From assembly GCF_005696695.1 (NCBI RefSeq), contig NZ_CP040006.1:240001-272000 (forward strand): a stretch of 32,000 nt of DNA, read 5' to 3'. Each line of letters opens with the position of its first letter. Position 1 is the first letter of the stretch. The position numbers and the translations under genes were made by a program. Source of the DNA: Schaalia odontolytica. GTDB lineage: Bacteria > Actinomycetota > Actinomycetes > Actinomycetales > Actinomycetaceae. Shown here piece by piece: positions 14,683 to 24,082 of this stretch. The notes beneath the pieces were generated by a model. The model was not told where the DNA came from and searched no databases. It saw nothing but the letters and a program-made list of their open reading frames with translations.

Positions 14683-15651
14683 TCAGGCCTTCGTGCGCGC
14701 CCGACGCACGAGCGCGGAAGCGCCCACGACGATCCACGCGATGACGGCACCCAGGATGACGCCGAAGATGCCGGACAGGAGAGTCTCGACCAGCCAGGTC
14801 ACGAAACCGCCCGCGCCGGACACCGCGTGCTCGGCGGCCTCGAGGACGTGGTGGAAGACGGGCACACCGACCTCGGCGAGGTTTGCGATGACCAGGTGGC
14901 CGCCGACCCACAGCATCGCGACCGTGCCGACGACACCGATGACGCTGAAGATGTGCGGCATGACGCGCACGATCGTGCGGCCGACGTTGTCGACGGGGCC
15001 GGGGCGGTTGTCCTCGGGATCCAGTGCGCCCTTCGCGAGGTGGAGGCCGAAGTCGTCCGCCTTCACGAGCAGGGCGACGAGGCCGTACACGAAGAACGTC
15101 ATGAAGAACGCGACCGCGATGAGGACGGCGACGCGCATGATGCCGGTCTCGTTGGACAGGCCGGCCATGGACACGAGCATGATCTCGGCGCTGAGGATCA
15201 GGTCGGTGCGGGTCGCCGAAGCGACGATGCTCTTCTCGAGTTCCTCGCTGGAGGTGGCGCCACCCTCGTCGTGCTCCTCGTGGTGGCCGGGCAGCCAGCC
15301 GAGTTTCTCGAGGACTTTCTCGCCGCCCTCGAAGCACAGGTACGCGCCGCCTACGATCAGCAGGAATGGGAGGGCCTGCGGAGCCAGCCACGTCAGCAGC
15401 AGAGCGATCGGCAGGATGATGAACAGCTTGTTGATGAGGGAGCCGCGCGCGATCTTGCCGATGATGGGCAGCTCGCGCGCCGGGCTCAGGCCCGACACGT
15501 ACTGGGGTGTCACCGCGGTGTCGTCGATGACGACGCCTACAGCCTTCGAGGAGGCCTTGACCGCGTTGGCCGCGACGTCGTCGATCGACGAGGCCGTGAC
15601 CTTCGCGAGGGTCGCGATATCGTCGAGCAGTGCGACAAGTCCACCGGACAT
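14683..15651 (-). CDS. DUF808 (YedI-like) inner-membrane protein
   Basis: MSGGLVALLDDIATLAKVTASSIDDVAANAVKASSKAVGVVIDDTAVTPQYV is the characteristic DUF808 N-terminus, followed by TM helices. ATG at complement 15649-15651 with a GGAGGA Shine-Dalgarno 7 nt upstream. Confidence 0.8.
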   Translation of the reverse strand: MSGGLVALLDDIATLAKVTASSIDDVAANAVKASSKAVGVVIDDTAVTPQYVSGLSPARELPIIGKIARGSLINKLFIILPIALLLTWLAPQALPFLLIVGGAYLCFEGGEKVLEKLGWLPGHHEEHDEGGATSSEELEKSIVASATRTDLILSAEIMLVSMAGLSNETGIMRVAVLIAVAFFMTFFVYGLVALLVKADDFGLHLAKGALDPEDNRPGPVDNVGRTIVRVMPHIFSVIGVVGTVAMLWVGGHLVIANLAEVGVPVFHHVLEAAEHAVSGAGGFVTWLVETLLSGIFGVILGAVIAWIVVGASALVRRARTKA

Positions 15652-15730
15652 GAGGTTTCCTCCTCTGAGCCTGACGTGAGGCTCCTGGTTGGGTACCCGC
15701 GCATTGTACGCGTGGGGATAGGCTTGAGTC

Positions 15731-17422
15731 ATGACGACTTCCGTACCCGTCCCCGCCCTTGACCGCGACCTGATTGGGCGCCTGCGCGCCGACGTGATCG
15801 CCTCGACGTGGACCGTTGAGAATCTTCAGACCCTGATCAGTGAGGGCGCGCTGTCCGCCCTCATGCGTGACTCGCGACTGCCCGCCCTCGTCGAGCTCGC
15901 GGGCGCGACCGACCCCGCCGCGGTCCTCACGCGCTTCTTCATCCTCGGCCTGCCCGAGCGCGCCTCGGCCCTGAACGAGGCCCTCCCGACGCTGGGCGCA
16001 CGCGGGCTGGAGTCCCTCGGCCTCGCGGCCACTATCGACGAGGCCGAGGCCGCCTCCGCGCTCGTCATGCCCCGTGCGGGCGGCGCGCCCAAGCGCGAAC
16101 CCAAGGATGAGCGTGACGAGGCCTCGGCCTCGAAGGCGCCGAGTCTGCCGACGATGCGCGACCCCGACGAGGAGGTCCCCGAGCCCGAGGCCGAGGAAGA
16201 CCCGTGGATGCGCGCCCTCTTCGACCTGCGCCCCCACGCGGCGACCCTGCCGGGCGGCGACCACGAGTGGTGGGTGGCCTCGGACCTGGCGGAGGTGCAG
16301 ACCGGCAAGCCGCTGTCGGATGACCACGTGCTCGGCATTGGCGGCGCGACCCTGACGTTGCTGGAGATGACGGTGCGCGAACACGTCGACTCGGCCCTCG
16401 ACGTGGGGTGCGGCTGCGGCATCCAGGCCCTCTACCTGGCGACGCACGCCGACCGCGTGGTGGCGACCGACCTGTCGTCGCGTGCGTGCGCGCTGACCCA
16501 GTTCAACGCGGCCCTCAACGAGGCTGTCATCGACGTGCGTGAGGGCTCCCTCTTCGAGCCCGTCGAGGGTGAGACCTTCGACCTCATCGTCACGAACCCG
16601 CCCTTCGTCATCACCCCGGACTCGGTGCGCGGCGCGGCCGGCCTGCTCGAGTACCGCGATGGCGGTATGGACCGCGACAACCTGATCCGCGCGGTCCTGC
16701 GCGGCGCGCCCGCGTGCATGAACGAGGGCGGCACCCTGCAGATGCTCGCCAACTGGGAGATTCCCGCCGATCGCAACCCGGACACGCAGTGGTCGTGGCG
16801 CGTGGATTCGTGGCTCGACGGCCTGCCGGTGGACGCGTGGGTCGTCCAGCGTGACGTCCTCGACCCCGCGCGCTACGTGGACATGTGGATCCGCGACTCG
16901 GGCGGCCAGCTCATGGCCCGCGCCGACTACGAGCGCGCCTTCACCTCGTGGCTGGCCGACTTCCGCCGCGCGGGCACGGGCGCGATCGGCATGGGCTTCG
17001 TGGCGCTGCGCAGGCTCGACGAGGCCGAGGCCGCCTCGGGCGGCAAGCGCGCCTACGACCTGTCTCTCGATGGGCACGCCCCGCGCGGGCGCGACGTTGC
17101 GTGGGCGCTGGCCTCCCTGCGTGCCCCGGAGCTGTGGGACACCGCGCTGACGCGCGCCTCGGACGTGCGCGAGGAGCGCCACTACGTGCCTGGCAGCCCC
17201 GACCCGGAGCTGCTCATCATGCACCAGGGTGGGGGACTGGGCCGGTCTGTGCCCGTCTCCTCGTCCGTGTCGGCGGTTGTGGGTGCCTCCGATGGTGAGC
17301 TGACGGTTGGGCAGATCGCGGCTGCCGTCGCGATGCTCACGTCCGTTGAGGTCGATGACGTCCGCGCCGAGATCGAGGCGCCCCTGCGCGACCTGATCCG
17401 CTGGGGATTCCTGACGTACTGA
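15731..17422 (+). CDS. Class I SAM-dependent methyltransferase with an NPPF motif (HemK/RsmC/N6-adenine-MTase-like core), 563 aa with extra N- and C-terminal domains
   Basis: Motif I LDVGCGCGIQALYLA. Acidic residue after beta-2 (VVATDLS). Motif IV FDLIVTNPPFVITP. An acidic low-complexity insert (PKDERDEASASKAPSLPTMRDPDEEVPEPEAEEDP) lies in the N-terminal domain. Confidence 0.75.
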   Translation: MTTSVPVPALDRDLIGRLRADVIASTWTVENLQTLISEGALSALMRDSRLPALVELAGATDPAAVLTRFFILGLPERASALNEALPTLGARGLESLGLAATIDEAEAASALVMPRAGGAPKREPKDERDEASASKAPSLPTMRDPDEEVPEPEAEEDPWMRALFDLRPHAATLPGGDHEWWVASDLAEVQTGKPLSDDHVLGIGGATLTLLEMTVREHVDSALDVGCGCGIQALYLATHADRVVATDLSSRACALTQFNAALNEAVIDVREGSLFEPVEGETFDLIVTNPPFVITPDSVRGAAGLLEYRDGGMDRDNLIRAVLRGAPACMNEGGTLQMLANWEIPADRNPDTQWSWRVDSWLDGLPVDAWVVQRDVLDPARYVDMWIRDSGGQLMARADYERAFTSWLADFRRAGTGAIGMGFVALRRLDEAEAASGGKRAYDLSLDGHAPRGRDVAWALASLRAPELWDTALTRASDVREERHYVPGSPDPELLIMHQGGGLGRSVPVSSSVSAVVGASDGELTVGQIAAAVAMLTSVEVDDVRAEIEAPLRDLIRWGFLTY

Positions 17423-17439
17423 GCGTTGTTGTGTGCGTG

Positions 17440-17471
17440 GGCGCCGCGGCTGAAGGGGCAGCCGCGGCGCC
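17440..17471 (+). terminator. Strong stem-loop terminator after the methyltransferase gene
   Basis: GGCGCCGCGGCTG (17440-17452), loop AAGGGG, CAGCCGCGGCGCC (17459-17471). The stem is a perfect 13 bp. Confidence 0.65.
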
Positions 17472-17602
17472 TCGCCGCATCAGGTGGACTTTGTGGCGTC
17501 ATTCTAGGAGTGTCGTCAGCGTGGACAGGGGAGTGCACGAGGCCGACTCCAGATGTGGGACCCCTGTGTTAGCCTGACGCCACAATCACGCGAAGGAGCG
17601 AC

Positions 17603-18997
17603 ATGGACTACGAGCTGGCCTACCGATACGGTGCCCCCTCGCGCCTGGAAGAGGGCGGCGGCCTTGCGCTGGCGACCTCGGGAGGCTCGACCCCCGAGGG
17701 GGAGGCAGCGCATCCCTTTTTCTTTTCGGGCTTCATGGAGCGTCCCGACGTGGTGGCCGCCGGTCTGCTCGCGGTCGCACGTGTGGCGCGTACCCGCTTC
17801 TATGTGCCGCCGGGCATGGTCGTCGCGCCCGGCGGAGGCCTGACTCGTATCGGGATGCTCGACCCGGTCGTGACCAGCACGGCCGAGGGCCTGCGCTTCG
17901 AGTCCTTTAGCGTCTGCTGCGGCGTGTACGCGCGGCTCGACGTGGAGGCCTCGGCCCTGGACGCCACCCACTGCGCAGTCGGCGTGACCAACGTGGATGT
18001 TAATCAGCCGCTGCGTGCCGCCCTAGCGTCGCTGCGAGCTGGGGAGCCCCTGCACCTGGGTGTGGGCGAGGAGGGGCTGACGGCCACGACCCTGGACGAG
18101 GAGGTCACGGAAGAGAAGGTGCCGCTGTCCCTGCGCTGGCTCAAGGGATTCGCGGAGACACAGATGCTCTCCTCCGCGATGATGCCGCTGCATGCGTTGA
18201 ATACCGCGCAGGCGCGCGCCTTCATCCGAGGCCTGCCCAGGTCCAGCGCGACGGGCACGGTCATGTGGGCGGGGCGGGCCGTGCGCGGTCTGCGTTTGGG
18301 GACCCGGCCTGCGCCGGGGGCCGCGTGCGTCGCCGGCCCCGAGCGCCTGCGCGTGTTCGAGCCGCTTCTTCATCTCATCACCTCGCTTGAGGCCTACGGG
18401 CCTGATGTGGATGCTGGCAGCGAGCCGGTCGCTTCCCTGTGGGTCGCCCGCCTGCCCGGCGCGCGCCTCTCCATTGGGCTCAGCCCCGCCAAGTCGCGCG
18501 GCTTCTCGGGGGAGGGTGCGGTCCTGGCGTCCCTGGGAGATCCGCGCGTCGAGGAGGACGCGGATATGCTGTCCGCCCTGCTCTCCTTCGAGCCGCGCAT
18601 CGACACGCAGCTCATGGCCGCGCGCTCCGGACTGGCCCCCGACCGGGTGGCTGGCGGCCTGGCACTCCTGGCCTCGAGTGGTCAGGTTGGCTTCGACGTG
18701 ACTGAGGGGGCCTACTTTCACCGTCCTCTGCCCGTGCGTCCCGACGCCCTCACCGCTATGCATCCGCGCCTGGCAGGGGCGCGCACGCTCATTGAACGCG
18801 GTGCGGTCACCCACGAGGAGGGGGCGCGCTTCCGTGTCGCCTCGGGCGCAAACCGCTACCGGGTGGAGGTGCCCGCCGACCCCTACGCCATCGGCGAGTA
18901 CCGCTGCACGTGCCCGTGGTGGATGAAACATAGGGGTGGGCGGGGGCCATGCAAGCATGTCCTCGCCGTCTCCACGCTGATCAAGGAGGATCAATGA
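17603..18997 (+). CDS. SWIM zinc-finger family protein (464 aa), first gene of a three-gene operon
   Basis: ATG with a GAAGGAG Shine-Dalgarno. C-terminal CxC-x16-CxH SWIM signature (YRCTCPWWMKHRGGRGPCKHVLAV). High GC3. The stop TGA overlaps the next start (ATGA at 18994-18997). Confidence 0.85.
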   Translation: MDYELAYRYGAPSRLEEGGGLALATSGGSTPEGEAAHPFFFSGFMERPDVVAAGLLAVARVARTRFYVPPGMVVAPGGGLTRIGMLDPVVTSTAEGLRFESFSVCCGVYARLDVEASALDATHCAVGVTNVDVNQPLRAALASLRAGEPLHLGVGEEGLTATTLDEEVTEEKVPLSLRWLKGFAETQMLSSAMMPLHALNTAQARAFIRGLPRSSATGTVMWAGRAVRGLRLGTRPAPGAACVAGPERLRVFEPLLHLITSLEAYGPDVDAGSEPVASLWVARLPGARLSIGLSPAKSRGFSGEGAVLASLGDPRVEEDADMLSALLSFEPRIDTQLMAARSGLAPDRVAGGLALLASSGQVGFDVTEGAYFHRPLPVRPDALTAMHPRLAGARTLIERGAVTHEEGARFRVASGANRYRVEVPADPYAIGEYRCTCPWWMKHRGGRGPCKHVLAVSTLIKEDQ

Positions 18998-21453
18998 GTC
19001 AGAAGTCGGATCCGTTCCGGCGGCCAAAAACGCTGGATGAATGTGCGGACTTTTGGAGACTGCACCTGTGGACCGAGGGCCACCCAGGCGAGTGGACACT
19101 CGATCAGGTCTACGCGCGCATGCTCGAGATTAACGAGGGCCCGCCCACGGCCCATGACCTGGACGTCAGCTCCAGGGTCACCGGTGCTTGGCTCAAGGGG
19201 ATCGGATTCTTGCGCCTGGCCGAACTGCACGGCGACCTGGCCCTCGACCACGATCAGCGGTACCTGACGGCGCTCATCGGCCTCGAACCCGGACTGCAGC
19301 TGCCCCTCATGCGTGCCGATCGGGAGCTGCGCGAGGAGCTGGTGTGGGGGATGCTGCGCCAGGAAGGTAACCGCGGCGTGTCGCTGTCCTCCTCCGACCG
19401 TTCTGCCTCGATGGGCTCGGAGCAAACGCCCGGCTGGTCGCGCACGTTCGAAGCGAGCGTCAATGAGGGGCTCATCGAACGTGATCGTCTGCTTGACGCC
19501 CTCCTGGAGATGCTGGCGGCCGACCTGCCCTCGGCACGTGCCGGGTGGTATTCGCGCACCCTGCGCCTGCTCGCCATGACCATTGACGAGGCCGAGGCGC
19601 GGCAGCCGACTCTGTGTGCCCTCATGTCGTCTCCCGTCGGGGCAACCGTGACCCTGGCGGTCGGGCACCTGTCCGCCCTCGCCAGGGCTGGTCGCCTCGA
19701 CCTGGAGCTGTTTGCGCGCAGCTGCGAGGGAGCGCTCATGGGGTCGAAGGCCAACGCACTCGCAGCCTTGACAATCCTGCGCGGTGGTCTCGAGGTCCTG
19801 AGTCCCGGCGGCATCGAACCCCTGTTGGCGATCGCGATGTCTTTCCCGCATGCGCAGGTGCAGGCTCTGGCCATCGAGCTGGCGAGTGACGCGCTGCGAT
19901 CGGGCCTCCTCGACTCCGCAGCGCTCGGCCGACTCCTGTCGGATGCGGAGTTGGACCCGCTCGTCGTCGCCACGCTCGACCTCCTCGACCCGGGGCACAC
20001 GGCGAATGGCCAGCCTGACCCCGGACCCGTCCCCGAGGAAGGTAGCGGTGGGCAGGCTCCCGCCGCCTTCTTGCCGCCTCCCCGTGAGGTGAACGACCTG
20101 GTTCCCATGAGCGCCGACGACGTGGTTGGTCGGGTCGGTGTCCTGGCGCAGGGCGCGCAGATGGGGCTCGAGTATGAGGCGCTGCTCGCGTTCCTGGCAT
20201 CCCCCGAGTACGACCCGAGTGCGCTGGAATCGTTGCGCCCGCTTGTGCGGCGCCTGACCACGCGCAGGTTTGGGTACGAGCGCATGCTCGGAACTCTCCT
20301 GCAGATAGCCCTCAATGGGGGAGGGGAGGGTGCTGAGAGCCCGCTGGCCGCTGGCACCGCCTGGTTGGAATCGGAGAACATGCCCACCCTCATGCGAGAG
20401 CGCATCATCGAGGTCGCGGGTCTGCTCGCACGCGGGCAGCGCTACCGCCTCCTGGCCACGCCCACCGACGACCGGGGAGCCGTGAATCCCCTGACGCTCG
20501 TGCGCCGTGCCCTGGACAACGGGGGCGCGACACCCCTTCCAGCCGACCTCACCCAGGCGCTGCTGCGCGTGGACACCGAGCATCCGGACTGCGCGGCCGC
20601 GCTCGTGCTCGTGGACGAGCGGGAGGCGGACCTGCCCGCCTCCGCCGTCGCCCGCATTCGCCTCGCCCTTCAAGGGGTGGTGCGCAGACGTGCCGAGGGC
20701 TACCTGTCCTCACTCTCCGTGACGTGGGAGGGGCGTCCCTCCTATGAGTCCGGGAAGCCCAAGGTCGCGCGAGACGGCTCGCCGATCTACGCATTTTTCT
20801 TCCCTCGCATCGTCGGCGTGGACACAGGTGCGACAGGACCCGAGCTGAGCGCGCTCGCGGATATTGCGAGTGCTTCGGGCGATTTTACTGCCCACCGCTA
20901 TCTCTACCCCGCGTCGGTGCGCCACTTCGCCGTCTGCCTGCTTGCCTCTCAGTGGTACGTGCTTGACCACACCCAGCTGACCTGTGAGTGCTACAGGGCC
21001 CTGTGCGAGCACGGCGGGCGCTGGGATTCGCTGTCCGCCCAGCTCCTTGGGCAGGCGATGGGCGAGCGCGAGGTCGAGTCGCGCGCGCTCGGCGTCGAGG
21101 CCCTGGCCGCCTTGGTGGCGCGCGGTGACCTCGCCTTCGACCAGGTTGTGTCTGGTTTCGAGGCCGTGGCGCACACCGTGAAACTGAACCGGTGGGCGCA
21201 GGCCTTCGGGGATCTGGGGGACGTGGACCCCCGCCTCGCGCTGGATCTGGCGCTCACGCTGCTGCCCGGGCTCGAGCGAGGGCGCACGGGCATCGGGCAG
21301 TTGCTGGGCGTCGTTACTGCACAGTACGCACGGGCGCAGGCCGAGGGATGGGCGCCGCCGCTCGGCGAGGAGTGTATCGGCTGGCTCGGCCTTTTCCGAG
21401 GGTCCTCACAGGCGGCCAAGTATGCGCGCACGCTGAAGGAGATGGGCCAATGA
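18994..21453 (+). CDS. Large (819 aa) Ala/Leu-rich, probably all-helical repeat protein of unknown function, SWIM-associated
   Basis: ATG at 18994 with AAGGAGGA immediately upstream and an ATGA overlap with the SWIM gene. Long uninterrupted frame with strong GC3 bias. I see no Walker, nuclease or other catalytic motif. The stop overlaps the next start (ATGA at 21450-21453). Confidence 0.8.
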   Translation: MSQKSDPFRRPKTLDECADFWRLHLWTEGHPGEWTLDQVYARMLEINEGPPTAHDLDVSSRVTGAWLKGIGFLRLAELHGDLALDHDQRYLTALIGLEPGLQLPLMRADRELREELVWGMLRQEGNRGVSLSSSDRSASMGSEQTPGWSRTFEASVNEGLIERDRLLDALLEMLAADLPSARAGWYSRTLRLLAMTIDEAEARQPTLCALMSSPVGATVTLAVGHLSALARAGRLDLELFARSCEGALMGSKANALAALTILRGGLEVLSPGGIEPLLAIAMSFPHAQVQALAIELASDALRSGLLDSAALGRLLSDAELDPLVVATLDLLDPGHTANGQPDPGPVPEEGSGGQAPAAFLPPPREVNDLVPMSADDVVGRVGVLAQGAQMGLEYEALLAFLASPEYDPSALESLRPLVRRLTTRRFGYERMLGTLLQIALNGGGEGAESPLAAGTAWLESENMPTLMRERIIEVAGLLARGQRYRLLATPTDDRGAVNPLTLVRRALDNGGATPLPADLTQALLRVDTEHPDCAAALVLVDEREADLPASAVARIRLALQGVVRRRAEGYLSSLSVTWEGRPSYESGKPKVARDGSPIYAFFFPRIVGVDTGATGPELSALADIASASGDFTAHRYLYPASVRHFAVCLLASQWYVLDHTQLTCECYRALCEHGGRWDSLSAQLLGQAMGEREVESRALGVEALAALVARGDLAFDQVVSGFEAVAHTVKLNRWAQAFGDLGDVDPRLALDLALTLLPGLERGRTGIGQLLGVVTAQYARAQAEGWAPPLGEECIGWLGLFRGSSQAAKYARTLKEMGQ

Positions 21454-24050
21454 CCACCCCCATGACACTGGCCGAGCGCCGCGCGGCCCTCAAACGCCTC
21501 CTCGCCGCCGGGGAGAGGACAATCGACGCCTACGAGCGGGTGTTGGAGGGGGCCTCAGAGAAGGATCGGCGCTCCCTCTTCAAGTCCGTGCCCTTTGTGC
21601 GCCTCGTCCCGCCAGCCGCCGAGCGGGCGGAAGCCGTCCCCGAGGACACGGTGTGCATGTGCGCGTTCCTGCGCGCAGCCCTGGCCGGGAGCGATGACGC
21701 CGGCGACGACTACGGAGTTCGTTGGTCGGGCCGCAGCGGAGGCGATCCTCGCGAGGGAGCGGACCTGGATCGGCTGCTCGCCGCCCACAGGTGCGGCGCG
21801 GCCGGGCGGAGCAGCAAGTGGCTCGAGGAGGCAGCCGGGAGTCCCGGAGGCATTGGCTTCTGGCACACCTACCGCTCCCTCCTGGCCGAGCGTGGAGCGT
21901 ACCTGACGTCTGCGCCCTCCCTGGAGTACTTCGCGCGCAGGATCATTCCCGCACCCCACCCCACTTCGGATGAGACTCGACTCTTCTTCGAGAAGAACCC
22001 GACCTTCCTCGACCACGAGTTCTGGCAGCTCTTCCGCGTCGAGGGTGCCCTGCCCGGCTCGGCGCTCTTCGTGTGGATGTACCGCGAGGACCCCTCTGCG
22101 CCCGGCGGTGACTTCGAGCGCCTACACAGCCAGGATCTCATCTGCTACATGGCGACGCACCTACCGCATCTGCGGCCCCGCATCCTGTCCGAATGTCTGG
22201 CCGCGCATCGGCGCGACTTTTCCGCATACAACAGTCGTGCCTTCTCGCTGGCCTGGGAGGCGCTTGAACCCACGCGCGAGGAAAAGCTCGAGGCAGCCTC
22301 GGACCTCATCGCCCTGCTTGGGGTCCAGCCCTCGCAGACGGTCACGCTGGCGCAGAAGGCTCTCCTTGGCCTCGTCGGGGAGCTCACGGTAGAGCAGGTG
22401 GGCGCGCTCGTACAGGTCAGCGCTCAGGTCCTTGCCCGCACCGAAAAGAAGCTGCTGCGCGCTCACCTGCGCCTGCTTGCCGCCCTCGTCAAGGCCCGTC
22501 CCGGGTGCGCGACCGCCGTCAGTGACGTGGTCGCTGAGGCTGAGTTCCCCCTCGACCTGCGAGATCGCGCCGCCACGCTCGTCGTGGCCCCTGATACTTC
22601 CGGAGACTCCGTGGACGAGGCCGGGGCCGGGCCTGCGGGGACGGCCACCTCCGACGCGAGCACCCAGGGAAGCGAACCCGGGGGAGGGACCCAGGCCTCG
22701 TGGACGTTCCCGGACACGCCCGCCGCGGACCTACCGCGCACCTCGCGCACCGCTGAGCTGCCCGACGATAACGACGCGGTCGTCGCTGCGTTGCACGCCC
22801 TCTTTGAGGACGCGGCCGCGGGCGCCGCCCTGCCCGCGCTCCTGATGCGCATCAGTGGCGAGGGCATCGAGCTGACGGAGGCCGACAAGGCGCTGCTCGC
22901 CGCGTACTGGAAGAGCGCGCCCAACTGGAAGGGCGCCAACCAGCTGTCCTACCTGGCCTCACGGCTCCTGCGCGACGTGGAGGTGAAGGACGCACCCGAG
23001 GCAGGTCACTTCCGCGGCTACCGGCGCAAGGGCAGCGAATGGGAGCAACACCGCGGCCCAGTCCAGCTCCTGCACGAACAGCTGCGCGTCGCATTGCGCG
23101 ACAAGCCCTACGACAAGCCGAACGGTCAGGACATGTACCGCTTCGACCCCATCCTGACCGCACCGCTGGAACCGATCCACCCGCAGTGGGAACGTCAGAT
23201 CATTCGAGCCGCCTACCAGAAGCCCGTCAGGGTTGTGCGCGGTGAGTACAAGAAGACCGACGACATGCATGAGACGTGGGTGATCCCCGGGCAGAGCCCG
23301 GCCACGGGTGCCGACTCGCTCACCCAGGCCCTCACCAACGTCGCCGGCGTCGCCCCCGAGTTCACCGGGCGCCTCCTGGAATCGGGGGACTACCGGTCGA
23401 GCGGCGTCGCCTACGCGTGGGCGGCCTGGGCGCTCCAGCACAACCCGGACATTCTGGCCGCCCACGCGATGCCCGTCCTCCAGGGTGCGTTCTTCAAGTT
23501 CCCGCAGGTCATCACCGCCTTCGAGGTGATAGTGCGCGCACTGGGACAGGGATGGCGGGCGCCGGGCGCGCCCACCTACTCGGCCCTGGCGTGGGCATCC
23601 ACCGCCGCCCAGGCCAACTACCGGGCGATCACCGCCGAGGCTATCGCGGGTCTCGCCGATACCGGCCGCTTCGACCCCGCCGCCATGGCCGAGGAGATCG
23701 GCTACCTGATGCGCAACGGGTGGTTCGGGCCCGGGAGGGTCACCCAGACACTCAGCGACTGCGCGTCCGTCTCTGCCCTGGCCGGGTATCGCGTCGCCCA
23801 GACGATCACCGCCGTGCTGCCCGCGCTGGCCGGTGTCAGAGGAGCAAATGGCATGGTCGAGGTGCTGGTGGCGCTCGCGGGCGACTACGGCATGAGGGTG
23901 AGCGTCCCCGATGAGATGCGCCCCAAGATGAAAGGATCAAGCGCGATGGCTAAGGCGCTGCGCGCGCTTGACGCGCTGCCTGATGCCCCGACTGATCTCG
24001 CGTGCGAGGCGGCTGAGGCACTCGATGCAGTCCGAGTGCGGCAGGGGTAG
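21450..24050 (+). CDS. Large (866 aa) helical protein of unknown function, apparent paralogue of the preceding gene
   Basis: ATG at 21450 with a GAAGGAG Shine-Dalgarno 8 nt upstream and an ATGA overlap. Its segment QTVTLAQKALLGLVGELTVEQVGALV...LLRAHLRLLAAL resembles ATVTLAVGHLSALARAGRLDLELFAR...ANALAALTIL in the preceding protein. There is a central acidic/Gly/Thr-rich linker. The last ~35 codons are duplicated at 25687 onward. Confidence 0.8.
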   Translation: MTTPMTLAERRAALKRLLAAGERTIDAYERVLEGASEKDRRSLFKSVPFVRLVPPAAERAEAVPEDTVCMCAFLRAALAGSDDAGDDYGVRWSGRSGGDPREGADLDRLLAAHRCGAAGRSSKWLEEAAGSPGGIGFWHTYRSLLAERGAYLTSAPSLEYFARRIIPAPHPTSDETRLFFEKNPTFLDHEFWQLFRVEGALPGSALFVWMYREDPSAPGGDFERLHSQDLICYMATHLPHLRPRILSECLAAHRRDFSAYNSRAFSLAWEALEPTREEKLEAASDLIALLGVQPSQTVTLAQKALLGLVGELTVEQVGALVQVSAQVLARTEKKLLRAHLRLLAALVKARPGCATAVSDVVAEAEFPLDLRDRAATLVVAPDTSGDSVDEAGAGPAGTATSDASTQGSEPGGGTQASWTFPDTPAADLPRTSRTAELPDDNDAVVAALHALFEDAAAGAALPALLMRISGEGIELTEADKALLAAYWKSAPNWKGANQLSYLASRLLRDVEVKDAPEAGHFRGYRRKGSEWEQHRGPVQLLHEQLRVALRDKPYDKPNGQDMYRFDPILTAPLEPIHPQWERQIIRAAYQKPVRVVRGEYKKTDDMHETWVIPGQSPATGADSLTQALTNVAGVAPEFTGRLLESGDYRSSGVAYAWAAWALQHNPDILAAHAMPVLQGAFFKFPQVITAFEVIVRALGQGWRAPGAPTYSALAWASTAAQANYRAITAEAIAGLADTGRFDPAAMAEEIGYLMRNGWFGPGRVTQTLSDCASVSALAGYRVAQTITAVLPALAGVRGANGMVEVLVALAGDYGMRVSVPDEMRPKMKGSSAMAKALRALDALPDAPTDLACEAAEALDAVRVRQG
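23945..24012 (+). repeat. Direct repeat copy 1 (inside the 3' end of the 866-aa gene)
   Basis: 62/68 identical to 25687-25754. The 44-bp core TGCGCGCGCTTGACGCGCTGCCTGATGCCCCGACTGATCTCGCG (23959-24002) is perfect. Confidence 0.9.
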
Positions 24051-24082
24051 ATCCGCGTCGGGTGTCTCAGGTGCGTGGGTTG

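Noticed and set aside
21192-21449. Upstream extensions of track ORFs: gene 3 from 21192, gene 2 from 18949, sodA to 14655, DUF808 to 15732, ABC-F to 27536 and DUF2992 to 25582.
   Set aside because: In each case an internal start with a good Shine-Dalgarno coincides with the start of family similarity or with an ATGA coupling junction. The extensions overlap upstream genes or are compositionally aberrant.
15731-24050. The methyltransferase plus SWIM operon as a single restriction-modification, BREX or DISARM-like defence locus.
   Set aside because: A perfect 13-bp stem terminator separates the methyltransferase from the operon. None of the proteins shows a nuclease, helicase, PglZ or ATPase motif. 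The linkage is therefore left as something to test, not claimed.
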